40,682 nt of DNA. Source: Holdemanella biformis. Its GTDB lineage: Bacteria > Bacillota > Clostridia > Lachnospirales > Lachnospiraceae. Positions within the stretch are counted from its first letter, which is position 1; the number at the start of each line of letters is the position of its first letter. A program made the translations under genes and the position numbers. The DNA lies in NCBI GenBank assembly GCA_963605995.1, contig CAVCYJ010000001.1, positions 1 through 40,682 on the forward strand, in the 5' to 3' direction. Shown here one piece after another: positions 17,703 to 26,944 of the stretch. The notes beneath the pieces are model-generated. The model saw nothing but the letters and a program-made list of their open reading frames with translations, was not told the origin of the DNA and ran no database searches.

Positions 17703-19458
17703 CCAGCTCCCCAGAGAAGAACATGAATCACCGATGCTGTCTCTGGACAAGACGAAGGACAGAGAGGTTCTGCGGGGATTTATCGGGGAACACAAAACGC
17801 TTCTGTCATGGAAGCTTGACGGACTGACGGTCGTTCTTACCTATGAAAACGGAGAGCTTGTCAAGGCAGTCACCAGAGGAAACGGTGTGACAGGGGAGGT
17901 TGTAACCAATAATGCCAGAGTATTTAAGAATATTCCGCTGAAGATCCCCTATCAGGGCAGGCTGGTGCTCCGCGGTGAGGCGATTATCACTTACCGGGAT
18001 TTTGAACGGATCAACGAATCTATCGGGGATGTGGATGCGAAATACAAGAATCCGAGAAATCTCTGCAGCGGTTCCGTGCGTCAGCTCAATAATAAGATAA
18101 CAGCGCAGAGGAACGTGCGCTTCTACGCATTTGCACTGGTAAGCGCACAGGAAGCAGATTTCCACAATTCAAGGGAAAGGCAGTTTGAATGGCTGAAGAA
18201 ACAGGGATTCGATGTCGTAGAGTACAGGGTCGTGACCGGCGAAACACTGGACAGAGCCATGGAATACTTTTCTGCGGCTGTCACAGAAAACGAATTTCCG
18301 TCAGATGGTCTGGTGGCTCTGTATGATGATATCGCATATGGTGATTCACTGGGACGGACTGCGAAATTTCCCAGAAATGCATTTGCGTTTAAATGGGCAG
18401 ATGAGATCAGGGAAACTCACCTGCTGGAAATTGAATGGAGTCCGTCCAGGACCGGCCTGATCAATCCGGTTGCTGTTTTTGAACCGGTGGAGCTGGAGGG
18501 AACCACAGTCAGCCGTGCAAGTGTACACAATGTAAGCATAGTAAAAGAGCTGGAGCTTGGCATTGGCGATACCATTACCGTATATAAGGCAAATATGATC
18601 ATTCCGCAGATCGCGGAGAATCTGACACGCAGCAGCAGGCTGAAGATCCCGGATACCTGCCCTGCCTGCGGACATGCCACACAGATCCGGAAGATCAGTG
18701 ATGTGGAAGCACTTTACTGTACCAATCCTGACTGTGCCGCAAAGAAGATCAAGTCCTTTGCACTTTTTGCAAGCAGAGATGCGATGAATATTGACGGGCT
18801 GTCAGAAGCCACCCTGGAGAAATTTATTGCCAGGGGCTTTATCCATGATTTCGGAGATATCTTTGAAATTGAGAGATACAGAGATGAGATTGTAAAAATG
18901 GAAGGCTTTGGTGAGAAATCTTTCGAGAACCTGACAGACAGTCTGGAAAAAGCAAAGGAGACAACTCCGGCAAGGCTGCTCTACAGCCTGGGGATCGCCA
19001 ATGTCGGACTTGCGAATGCCAAAGTGATCTGCCGGCACTTCGATGATGACCTGGAAAAGATACGCCATGCAGATGAGGAGGAGATCAGTTCGATAGATAC
19101 GATCGGCCCGGTAATTGCCGGAAGCCTGACGGCTTACTTCGGGAAAGAAGAAAATAACCGGAAACTGGATCATCTGCTGAGCCACCTGACACTCAGAAGG
19201 GAAGAAAAGAGCAAAGAACAGATCCTGCAGAATCTGAATTTCGTGATCACCGGCAGTATGGAGCATTTTGCCAACAGATCTCAGGCAAAGGAGCTTATTG
19301 AGTCGCTGGGCGGTAAGGTTACGGGCAGTGTAACCTCCAAAACCAGTTATCTGATCAATAACGATACAGCTTCCGGTTCTTCCAAAAACAAAAAAGCCAG
19401 GGAACTGGGAATCCCGATCCTGTCAGAGGAGGATTTCCTGAAGCTGGCTCAGCAGTGA
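17500..19458 (+). CDS. ligA: NAD-dependent DNA ligase
   Basis: Motif I KLDG, TRGNG..GE, NPRN, zinc finger CPAC..YC..PDC, HhH repeats, BRCT (GGKVTGSVTSKT); RBS GGAGG. Confidence 0.97.
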   Translation: METAEIMRMKELVQKLDEAARAYYQQDTEIISNREYDQMYDELEALEKETGTVLANSPTVSVGYEAVDQLPREEHESPMLSLDKTKDREVLRGFIGEHKTLLSWKLDGLTVVLTYENGELVKAVTRGNGVTGEVVTNNARVFKNIPLKIPYQGRLVLRGEAIITYRDFERINESIGDVDAKYKNPRNLCSGSVRQLNNKITAQRNVRFYAFALVSAQEADFHNSRERQFEWLKKQGFDVVEYRVVTGETLDRAMEYFSAAVTENEFPSDGLVALYDDIAYGDSLGRTAKFPRNAFAFKWADEIRETHLLEIEWSPSRTGLINPVAVFEPVELEGTTVSRASVHNVSIVKELELGIGDTITVYKANMIIPQIAENLTRSSRLKIPDTCPACGHATQIRKISDVEALYCTNPDCAAKKIKSFALFASRDAMNIDGLSEATLEKFIARGFIHDFGDIFEIERYRDEIVKMEGFGEKSFENLTDSLEKAKETTPARLLYSLGIANVGLANAKVICRHFDDDLEKIRHADEEEISSIDTIGPVIAGSLTAYFGKEENNRKLDHLLSHLTLRREEKSKEQILQNLNFVITGSMEHFANRSQAKELIESLGGKVTGSVTSKTSYLINNDTASGSSKNKKARELGIPILSEEDFLKLAQQ

Positions 19459-19553
19459 GGAAAACAGAAACTCCTGCGGCAGCTGCCCGCAGGAGTACAG
19501 AATATGCCGTCCGGACGGTGATATGACTATGAACGAAACAGGAGATAATAACA

Positions 19554-20495
19554 ATGCCAATTAAAATACAGAGTGATCTGCCAGTAAAGGAAATTCTGGA
19601 AAAAGAGAATATTTTCGTAATGGATGAATCCCGTGCATCCCATCAGGATATACGGCCGATCCAGATTCTTATCCTGAATCTGATGCCGCTGAAAGAGGAG
19701 ACAGAGCTTCAGCTTCTGCGTTCCCTTTCCAATACACCACTGCAGGTGGATGTGACGTTTATGGCTGTACAGAGCCATGAGGCGAAGAATACTTCGGTGA
19801 GCCACCTGAATAAATTCTACCAGACATTTCCCGAACTGAAGGATAACAAATATGACGGTATGATCATTACAGGCGCACCTGTGGAACAGATGGAGTTCGA
19901 AGAGGTAGATTACTGGAACGAACTGACAGAGATCATGAACTGGACAAATACCCATGTGACTTCCACGATTTATCTGTGTTGGGCTGCGCAGGCGGGATTG
20001 TATCATCATTACGGACTGAAGAAACGCGGACTGGAAAAGAAAATGTTCGGCCTTTTCTGGCACAGGGTCCTCAATCGTAAGGTTCCGCTGGTGAGGGGAT
20101 TTGACGACATGTTTCTTGCCCCGCATTCCAGGCATACAGAAGTGCCGATCGAGGATGTCCATAACTGTAAAGAACTGACAGTTCTTGCAGAATCTGATGA
20201 AGCCGGTCTTTTCCTTGCAATGGCAGAGGGCGGCCGTAAGATATTCGTCATGGGTCATCCGGAATATGACCGCGTAACCCTTGACGGAGAATACAAACGT
20301 GATATCAGCAGGAATCTTCCGATAGAGATACCGGAGAATTATTACAGAGACAACGACCCCCGCAACAGGCCTCTTCTTATGTGGAGAGCCCATGCCAATA
20401 ACCTTTATACAAACTGGCTGAATTACTACGTTTATCAGTCGACACCATTCGACCTTTACGGAACTCCGGATTTCAGCCGGATCCAGGAAGACTGA
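19554..20495 (+). CDS. metA: MetA-family homoserine O-acyltransferase, predicted acetyl-CoA specific
   Basis: MPIKI..QDIRP..ILNLMP, ITGAPVE (Glu111), LCWAAQ (Cys142), PHSR, GHPEY. Confidence 0.96.
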   Translation: MPIKIQSDLPVKEILEKENIFVMDESRASHQDIRPIQILILNLMPLKEETELQLLRSLSNTPLQVDVTFMAVQSHEAKNTSVSHLNKFYQTFPELKDNKYDGMIITGAPVEQMEFEEVDYWNELTEIMNWTNTHVTSTIYLCWAAQAGLYHHYGLKKRGLEKKMFGLFWHRVLNRKVPLVRGFDDMFLAPHSRHTEVPIEDVHNCKELTVLAESDEAGLFLAMAEGGRKIFVMGHPEYDRVTLDGEYKRDISRNLPIEIPENYYRDNDPRNRPLLMWRAHANNLYTNWLNYYVYQSTPFDLYGTPDFSRIQED

Positions 20496-20539
20496 CTTGC
20501 GGCTTTGCTTATGCGAGAGGAAGGGATATATTAACTGCA

Positions 20540-20758
20540 ATGAATATTGGAAATATGCTGAAAATAACAGGTGCATGGAATACTTTTAAGGGAAACCATC
20601 CCAAATTTCCGGCTTTCTGCAAAGCGATTTCCCGAAAGGGGATCAGGGAGGGCTGTATCATTGAGATTACATTTACGACCCCTGAGGGAGAAAAGATCGA
20701 GACAAACCTCAAAGTGAAGGAAAGTGATCTGGAGCTGCTGAGACAGTTATCAGAATAG
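20540..20758 (+). CDS. Small hypothetical protein (72 aa)
   Basis: Fills the intergenic gap with normal composition; FKGNHPKF..EGCIIEI..TPEG..TNLKV..DLE resembles small Lachnospiraceae proteins as I recall them. Confidence 0.7.
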   Translation: MNIGNMLKITGAWNTFKGNHPKFPAFCKAISRKGIREGCIIEITFTTPEGEKIETNLKVKESDLELLRQLSE

Positions 20759-20785
20759 GATATCATAACTTTATTGTACAGACTG

Positions 20786-20835
20786 CAAATTTTACAAAAA
20801 TTTTATTTGTAAAATTTGTATAAATCTGTTACAGT
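20786..20835 (+). promoter_or_regulatory. 13-bp perfect inverted repeat overlapping a sigma-A-like promoter
   Basis: caaattttacaaa-N7-tttgtaaaatttg (20786-20818); TTGTAA (20807)-17 bp-TACAGT (20830) with TG extension. Confidence 0.6.
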
Positions 20836-20963
20836 ATATCTGGACGATTAGAGTTAGCTGCTGTTCACTTTACATACAGCAGGTCATGTCACTGTTTATC
20901 TGAGGGCAGGAATCTGCCCGGCAGGGAACCGCAGCTTTGCACAGGAAAGAAAGAGGATGAAAA

Positions 20964-21551
20964 TTGCGTAAAAAATCACATATTTTACTGGCAAGATATC
21001 TTGCGGATCAGATGCAGACCACGACAAGCCTGCAGTCACACAGAAAGGCTTTCTGTCTTGGCAGCATTCTGCCGGATATCAGACCGTCTTTCATCACTAA
21101 GAGACATGAGTTCTACGGAACCTTTGAGGATGTCAAGAAGCGGATGAGGGAACTGGCAGATATCAGACCGGACGAGGGCTGCGAAAGAGTATACTGGCGC
21201 CGGCTCGGCGAAGTGATCCACTATATGGCGGATTATTTTACTTTTCCTCATAACAGGACATATACAGGCAGCCTCGCCCAGCATAATCACTATGAGAAGA
21301 TCTTAAAAGACAGGCTCAAGTCCTGCATACAGCAGGGAGAAGCACACAGATACCTGGAACCGGCAATACATTTTGCGGATTTTTCCACACTGATCGACTA
21401 TATCGAGGCGACTCATGAGAAATATCTTGATAAGCTCCGCAGTGTGGAGGAGGATATCCGTTTTATCCTGAATATGTGTTTTCAGGTGATCCAGGGGCTG
21501 ATTCAGCTCTGCCTTGGCAAAAGCTTTTCAGAAATCGCACAGGCTGCATAG
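20964..21551 (+). CDS. Zinc-dependent phospholipase C / S1-P1 superfamily protein, no signal peptide
   Basis: TTG start behind GAGGA; metal-ligand pattern SH, GSILPD, H, HY..DYF..PH, H..YE. Confidence 0.8.
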   Translation: MRKKSHILLARYLADQMQTTTSLQSHRKAFCLGSILPDIRPSFITKRHEFYGTFEDVKKRMRELADIRPDEGCERVYWRRLGEVIHYMADYFTFPHNRTYTGSLAQHNHYEKILKDRLKSCIQQGEAHRYLEPAIHFADFSTLIDYIEATHEKYLDKLRSVEEDIRFILNMCFQVIQGLIQLCLGKSFSEIAQAA

Positions 21552-21591
21552 AAACCGGCAGCCGGGAAGAATACAGGACAAAAACAGCAGG

Positions 21592-21631
21592 GAGACTGTG
21601 TGAAACCGGAGAGTTTTACATAGTCTCTTTG
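21592..21631 (+). terminator. Probable terminator
   Basis: 15-bp stem gagactgtgtgaaac / gttttacatagtctc with two G-U pairs, then ttt. Confidence 0.6.
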
Positions 21632-21718
21632 TCTGCGGCTGTGACCGACAGGACCGGATAGAAAATGTGAAGAAAAAATGAAAATTGGCTAAATGAGGAA
21701 AATGACCGGTTAATGCGG

Positions 21719-21747
21719 TTGATTTCATAAAATGAGTATGATAGAAT
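21719..21747 (+). promoter_or_regulatory. Sigma-A-type promoter of the NlpC/P60 gene
   Basis: TTGATT-17 bp-TAGAAT with TG extension. Confidence 0.55.
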
Positions 21748-21905
21748 AAAACAGGTTAATGTTTTTAAGCAACCTTAAGAGGAATGAAAAATCCGGGCAC
21801 AGCTTATAACAGAGGAGTGTCCGCGAAGATAAAAATCAGACAGCATGTTCTTATAGACAAACAGGGGAAGAGCATACTCAGAGCAAGAAGGGAGCAACCA
21901 GATAT

Positions 21906-23762
21906 ATGAAAAACAAGTATCTTACCAGATTCCTGTGTCTGTCACTGATGTCAGGAATGGTATTTAACAGTCCGGCATCTGTACTGGCAGCTGAGGACAC
22001 CATAGCATATACATCAGAAACAGCGGGTTCTGACTTCAGCGATTCGAGCGATTTTGACTCGGGTTCAGAAGACCCGACACCGGAGCCGGCAGATCCGACT
22101 CCTGAACCGGCAGATCCGACACCGGAGCCGGTAGACCCGACTCCTGAACCGGTAGACCCGACACCGGAACCGGCAGATCCGACACCGACACCGGTCGATC
22201 CGACTCCTGAACCGGTAACACCGACACCGGAACCGACAGATCCGACACCAACACCGACTCCACAGACAGACAAAGCCGTAGAATCTGTGATCAGCCGGAT
22301 CAGCGAGCTTAATGTTTCGGCACTCACACTGGCACAGAAATCCACAGTTCAGAGTATCCGTTCGGCATATGATGCATTATCTGACAGCCAGAAGGCTCAG
22401 GTTACGAATTATAACACCCTCGTTCAGGCGGAGACAGCGATCGCCGCGCTGGAGGAACAGCAGAAGAACAGTACGAATAATAATCCTTTCTCGGACAATA
22501 CCACAACAGCCCAGACCGGGACCGCAGTGTATTATGCATCCAATCTTCATGCAGGTAAGGATTTCTATCTCGACAGTCTCAAGAGCAATTATAATCTGAC
22601 CTTCTCAGATGATTTTGCCACAGTCATGGATGAGATCGAGAAGGAATACAAGGAGAAGAATAAGCTCTCCGATGCAAGCGATATCAGTGGAAGTAAGACA
22701 ACCACATCAGCGGACAGCCTTCTGGTAAGAAACTGGCAGGACATCCTTGCGATATATGTATATCAGCAGAGCCAGGACGGAAAGACAGAATTCACACTTG
22801 ATTCCTCATGCAAGAAGGCTCTGGCGGAGATTTTTGCGGAAATGAACCCGATTGTAAGGGATAAACAGGATATCACACATGTTACATATGCAAACCGTAA
22901 GATCAACTACTATATCAAAAAGAATAAGATCGCCAAGAAGGACAGGACTGTTCTTAAGAAATACGTGGAAACAGACTGCAAGCTTCTCTGCGCGGTAGTT
23001 ACAGCAGCCAAAGGCTTTGTGCGCGAGAGTGTCGGTGACGATGTTTCCGAAGAGAGAGTAAATGTCATTTCCGCAGCGTATTCACTGGTTGGAAAGGTTG
23101 GATACTTCTGGGGTGGTAAATCTACAGTGATCGGTGAGGATCCGAGCTGGGGAACCGCAGCCACAGTTTCCGCAGACGGAAGCAAGAGTACAGGAACCGT
23201 ACGTGCATACGGACTGGACTGCAGTGGCTTTGTCACCTGGGCGGTTATCAACGGATATCAGGATCAGAGCATGCAGGATGCGATCGGAGACGGAACCTCT
23301 GACCAGTGGGAGAAGGCAAACGTAGTCAGCGAAGCAGATGCACAGCCCGGTGACCTGGTATTCCAGAAGGGCCCGGAAGCGGGAAGTGATAACCATGTAG
23401 GTATTCTCTGCGGCAAGACAGATGCCGGTGACTGGATCGCAGTACACTGTTCTTCCGGTAAAAACGGTGTTACAGTAGGAGAGGCATACAGTGCAAGCTT
23501 CCGCTATATCCGTCAGCCATCCTTCTACCCGACAGACGAGCAGGTACAGGCAATGCAGAGCGGAAGTACTGCTGTCAGCTCAGGCTCGGATATCTTTACT
23601 GCAAATGTAACAGTAAGCAATACCTTACAGGATGCACTGAAGTCAAATACAGCTTCTTCTGTCACTTCCGGAGAGAGCTCTTCAGATTCCTCAAAGACGG
23701 ATTCTCTTCTTGATAAGATCGATCTGTCTGCGGGAAATGTGGCAGTATTTAAAGAGAAATAA
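21906..23762 (+). CDS. Secreted NlpC/P60 (peptidase C40) cell-wall hydrolase with a Pro-rich stalk
   Basis: Signal peptide ending VLA; DPTPEP repeats; Y-x-WGG, GLDCSGFV, QPGDLVF, HVGI, VHCS catalytic motifs. Confidence 0.9.
   Translation: MKNKYLTRFLCLSLMSGMVFNSPASVLAAEDTIAYTSETAGSDFSDSSDFDSGSEDPTPEPADPTPEPADPTPEPVDPTPEPVDPTPEPADPTPTPVDPTPEPVTPTPEPTDPTPTPTPQTDKAVESVISRISELNVSALTLAQKSTVQSIRSAYDALSDSQKAQVTNYNTLVQAETAIAALEEQQKNSTNNNPFSDNTTTAQTGTAVYYASNLHAGKDFYLDSLKSNYNLTFSDDFATVMDEIEKEYKEKNKLSDASDISGSKTTTSADSLLVRNWQDILAIYVYQQSQDGKTEFTLDSSCKKALAEIFAEMNPIVRDKQDITHVTYANRKINYYIKKNKIAKKDRTVLKKYVETDCKLLCAVVTAAKGFVRESVGDDVSEERVNVISAAYSLVGKVGYFWGGKSTVIGEDPSWGTAATVSADGSKSTGTVRAYGLDCSGFVTWAVINGYQDQSMQDAIGDGTSDQWEKANVVSEADAQPGDLVFQKGPEAGSDNHVGILCGKTDAGDWIAVHCSSGKNGVTVGEAYSASFRYIRQPSFYPTDEQVQAMQSGSTAVSSGSDIFTANVTVSNTLQDALKSNTASSVTSGESSSDSSKTDSLLDKIDLSAGNVAVFKEK
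22071..22259 (+). repeat. Nine 21-bp in-frame tandem units encoding DPTPEP(A/V)-like heptads
   Basis: ga(c/t)ccgac(a/t)cc(g/t)ga(g/a)ccgg.. units; alternating acaccggag / actcctgaa variants in the first four units. Confidence 0.9.
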
Positions 23763-23780
23763 GCCGTTCAGAATGAAATA

Positions 23781-23837
23781 AAACAGAAAGAACCGGAAAA
23801 GCAGGGAAATCCAGTGCTTTTCCGGTTCTTTCTGTTT
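23781..23837. terminator. Strong terminator separating the hydrolase gene from the pilus locus
   Basis: Perfect 23-bp inverted repeat aaacagaaagaaccggaaaagca / tgcttttccggttctttctgttt. Confidence 0.85.
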
Positions 23838-23949
23838 CCGGCTCTGCAGTATCCGGGTCAGAAAAACCGAATGAAACCTGAAGACAGCGGAAAATCTGTC
23901 AGAAATTCATATAATGCGTGAATAATATGTACAAATCCTGAAACAAAAA

Positions 23950-23978
23950 TTGACAAATTATGTTAAATATGTTAAGTT
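23950..23978 (+). promoter_or_regulatory. Sigma-A-type promoter of the pilBTC operon
   Basis: TTGACA-17 bp-TAAGTT with TG extension; a tatgttaa direct repeat overlaps the spacer and -10. Confidence 0.55.
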
Positions 23979-24088
23979 GTTCATAGTTAATTGTTGTTGC
24001 CCGCAGAGGAAAACAGCAATGGATTTTGAAATAAGGGAACCGGTTTTTGCTGTGGTATATGGCCGGTACACGGAAGAGAGATGAGCAG

Positions 24089-25783
24089 ATGGCGATCAGA
24101 CGTGAACGAATGAAGCTTGGTGACTTGCTTATCAGGCAGGATGTTTTAACAGAAGAGGAATTAAAGCAGGCGCTTGCCCTGCAGAAGGGGAGCGGCAAGA
24201 AGATCGGAGAGGTTCTCGTAGATAACGGATTCATCACGGAGGACATGATTGTACGTGCACTCCAGATGCAGCTGGGACTCAAGGTTGTCCAGCTGACAGG
24301 AATAACGATTCCGAGAGAAGTCAGAGGGCTGGTCGGTGTAGATCTTCTGAAAAAATACACCTGCATACCCTTTGAGCTGGATCCTTACAATGCCAATATC
24401 CTTCATCTGGCAATGGCAGATCCGATGGATATGGCGGCGATCGATGATATCTCCATTGTAACGAATCTGCAGATAGAACCCTATATCGCATCAGCCAGAG
24501 AGATACTGGCGGCAATAGACAGATGCTACGGTGCATCGGAGACACTGGACGCCGCCAGACGTTTCACCCAGGAGAGGGCGCAGCTTCGCGGAAATGCAGC
24601 GGATGAGGACACGGATGCCGATGTCAGTGATGCTCCTATCGTACAGCTTGTGAGATCTCTGCTGGAACAGGCGATCAGGCAGAGAGCCAGCGATATTCAT
24701 ATCGAAGCACTGGAGAGCAAGGTGCGGGTACGATATCGGATCGATGGTGCCCTCTATGAACAGATGGTCTATGATAACAGCCTTCTTCCTGCAATCTCCA
24801 CCCGTATCAAGATTCTGGGCGGCATGGATATTTCAGAAAAAAGAAAACCACAGGATGGCAGAATGTCGATCATGGTAGACAGACAGGATTATGATATCCG
24901 TATTTCTTCTCTTCCGACTGTCCATGGAGAGAAGATCGTCATGCGTATTTCATCCAAGCTGAATCTTACACGTAACAAAAAAGAGCTGGGACTTTCTCCG
25001 GAGGAGCTGGCACGCTTTGACCATATGCTGGCCAGTCCTTTCGGGATCATTCTGGTAACAGGACCGACCGGAAGTGGTAAATCCACGACTCTGTATACCG
25101 CATTAAGTGAACTGAATAAAGAAACAGTAAATATCATCACGGTAGAGGATCCGGTAGAGGCGGATATCGAAGGGATCAATCAGGTACAGGTCAACAATAA
25201 GGTGGAGCTTACCTTTGCCTCAGCTCTGCGGTCTATTCTCCGTCAGGATCCGGATATCATCATGATCGGTGAGATCAGGGATCGGGAGACGGCAGCGATC
25301 GCGGTACAGGCTTCTATTACCGGACATCTGGTCGTGTCTACCCTGCATACCAATAATGCGGTGGGAACACTGAACCGTATGGCGGATATGGGTGTGGAGA
25401 GATATCTGATCGCAGATTCCGTAGTAGGTGTTATTGCCCAGAGACTGGTCCGGAAGCTTTGCGGACACTGTAAGAAGATGCGCCCGGCAACGCAGGAAGA
25501 GAAGCGTCTGATGAAGCTGGATACGCAGCAGGATATCAGTGTTTACGAGCCATGCGGCTGTGATTTCTGCAGCCATACCGGATATTATGGCAGGATGGGT
25601 GTGTTTGAGATCATGGAGGTTAATGATGAAATCCGTGATCTTATCGCAGAAAACGGGACAACAGAGGAGCTTGAACGTGCAGCACGCAACAGCGGAATGA
25701 GAACCCTCAGAGAGAACGGGATCCGCTATGTACTGGACGGGATCACATCCGTTGATGAGATGCTGAAGGCATCCTATGAGTAA
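24089..25783 (+). CDS. pilB: Type IV pilus extension ATPase with an N-terminal MshEN-like domain
   Basis: ASDIHIE, PQDG, Walker A GPTGSGKS, EDPVE, LRQDPD..GEIRD, TGHLV.STLH, tetracysteine CGHC..CDFC. Start trimmed to ATG 24089. Confidence 0.95.
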   Translation: MAIRRERMKLGDLLIRQDVLTEEELKQALALQKGSGKKIGEVLVDNGFITEDMIVRALQMQLGLKVVQLTGITIPREVRGLVGVDLLKKYTCIPFELDPYNANILHLAMADPMDMAAIDDISIVTNLQIEPYIASAREILAAIDRCYGASETLDAARRFTQERAQLRGNAADEDTDADVSDAPIVQLVRSLLEQAIRQRASDIHIEALESKVRVRYRIDGALYEQMVYDNSLLPAISTRIKILGGMDISEKRKPQDGRMSIMVDRQDYDIRISSLPTVHGEKIVMRISSKLNLTRNKKELGLSPEELARFDHMLASPFGIILVTGPTGSGKSTTLYTALSELNKETVNIITVEDPVEADIEGINQVQVNNKVELTFASALRSILRQDPDIIMIGEIRDRETAAIAVQASITGHLVVSTLHTNNAVGTLNRMADMGVERYLIADSVVGVIAQRLVRKLCGHCKKMRPATQEEKRLMKLDTQQDISVYEPCGCDFCSHTGYYGRMGVFEIMEVNDEIRDLIAENGTTEELERAARNSGMRTLRENGIRYVLDGITSVDEMLKASYE

Positions 25784-25813
25784 GGATTTTCTGACAGCAG
25801 GGGAGAAAGAGAT

Positions 25814-26893
25814 ATGTACAGCTTAGATGAGATACTGATACAGTCAGTAGAGGAAAAAGCCTCCGATATCCATCTGACAGCAGGAAGAGCACCGTGCTAT
25901 CGTGTGAACGGCGCACTGATTCCCGCTGAGGGGGAACGGCTCACTCCGCAGATGCTGGAGGAGCTTCTCTTGCCGCTGATGGATGTCCGGCACAGAGGAG
26001 AGCTTCAGGAGAAGGGACAGACGGATTTTGCCTATGCAATTCCGGGAGTGGGAAGATTTCGCGTGAATGTATTTAAACAGAGAGGAACGCTGGCGGCGGT
26101 TATGAGAAGCCTTCCTTTTAATATTCCGAAGCCGGAAGAGCTTGGGATCCCGGCAGAGGTTGTGGAGATGACTTCGCGCAGAAGAGGACTGGTACTGGTG
26201 ACAGGACCGACCGGCAGCGGCAAGTCTACCACGCTCGCATCCCTGATCCACGTGATCAATGAGAATTATCCCTATCATATTATCACGCTGGAGGATCCCA
26301 TTGAGTATCTGCACAGACATGATAAGTCAGTGGTAAACCAGAGGGAGATCGGCAGTGATTCGTCAGACTATGCGCAGGCACTGAGGGCAGCACTGAGAGA
26401 GGATCCGGATGTGATCCTGGTAGGGGAGATGAGGGATCAGGAAACGATTTCCACAGCGATCACGGCAGCGGAAACCGGTCATCTTGTATTTTCTACCCTG
26501 CATACCATAGGGGCTGACAAGACGATTGACCGTATCATTGATATATTCCCGCCGGAACAGCAGCAGCAGATCCGTATCCAGCTTGCATCCGTGCTGGAAT
26601 GTATCGTTTCCCAGCAGCTTCTGAAGAGAGCGGACGGAAATGGCCGCGTGGCTGCACTGGAGGTACTTTTTGCAAATAATGCGGTGCGTAATCTGATCAG
26701 GGAAGGAAAAACTTACCAGATCGCCTCCGTCATGCAGACCGGTAAACGTGCCGGAATGCAGACAATGGATGACGCATTGTATGATATGTATATGAAAAAG
26801 CTTATTGATGCGGATGTTGCGGTGACATATGCGCAGGATCCGGTAAGCATGAATAAAAAAGTCAGTTTCGATCTTTCGTATGAGCCGTTTTAG
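25814..26893 (+). CDS. pilT: Type IV pilus retraction ATPase
   Basis: ASDIHL, RFRVNVF, GPTGSGKSTTLAS, LREDPD, AETGHLV, PilT-specific AVRNLIRE, GMQTMD. Confidence 0.96.
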   Translation: MYSLDEILIQSVEEKASDIHLTAGRAPCYRVNGALIPAEGERLTPQMLEELLLPLMDVRHRGELQEKGQTDFAYAIPGVGRFRVNVFKQRGTLAAVMRSLPFNIPKPEELGIPAEVVEMTSRRRGLVLVTGPTGSGKSTTLASLIHVINENYPYHIITLEDPIEYLHRHDKSVVNQREIGSDSSDYAQALRAALREDPDVILVGEMRDQETISTAITAAETGHLVFSTLHTIGADKTIDRIIDIFPPEQQQQIRIQLASVLECIVSQQLLKRADGNGRVAALEVLFANNAVRNLIREGKTYQIASVMQTGKRAGMQTMDDALYDMYMKKLIDADVAVTYAQDPVSMNKKVSFDLSYEPF

Positions 26894-26944
26894 CGGAAAC
26901 GGTCAGAGAAAAGAATAACTGGCAGGACAGAGGGAAGTGATGAG

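Noticed and set aside
19527..20576. 349-aa minus-strand ORF and the many other antisense or alternate-frame ORFs in the track
   Set aside because: They are shadows of well-supported genes such as metA, with no motifs or RBS.
21750..21905. c-di-AMP (ydaO) riboswitch in the long leader of the NlpC/P60 gene
   Set aside because: The conserved GCTGAATC, GGGGAACC and CCCGACAGCTAAC-like blocks are not present; only a weak gggcac/gtgtcc stem is visible.
22071..22259. CRISPR-like repeat array
   Set aside because: The units are contiguous, in frame and have no spacers; there are no cas genes.
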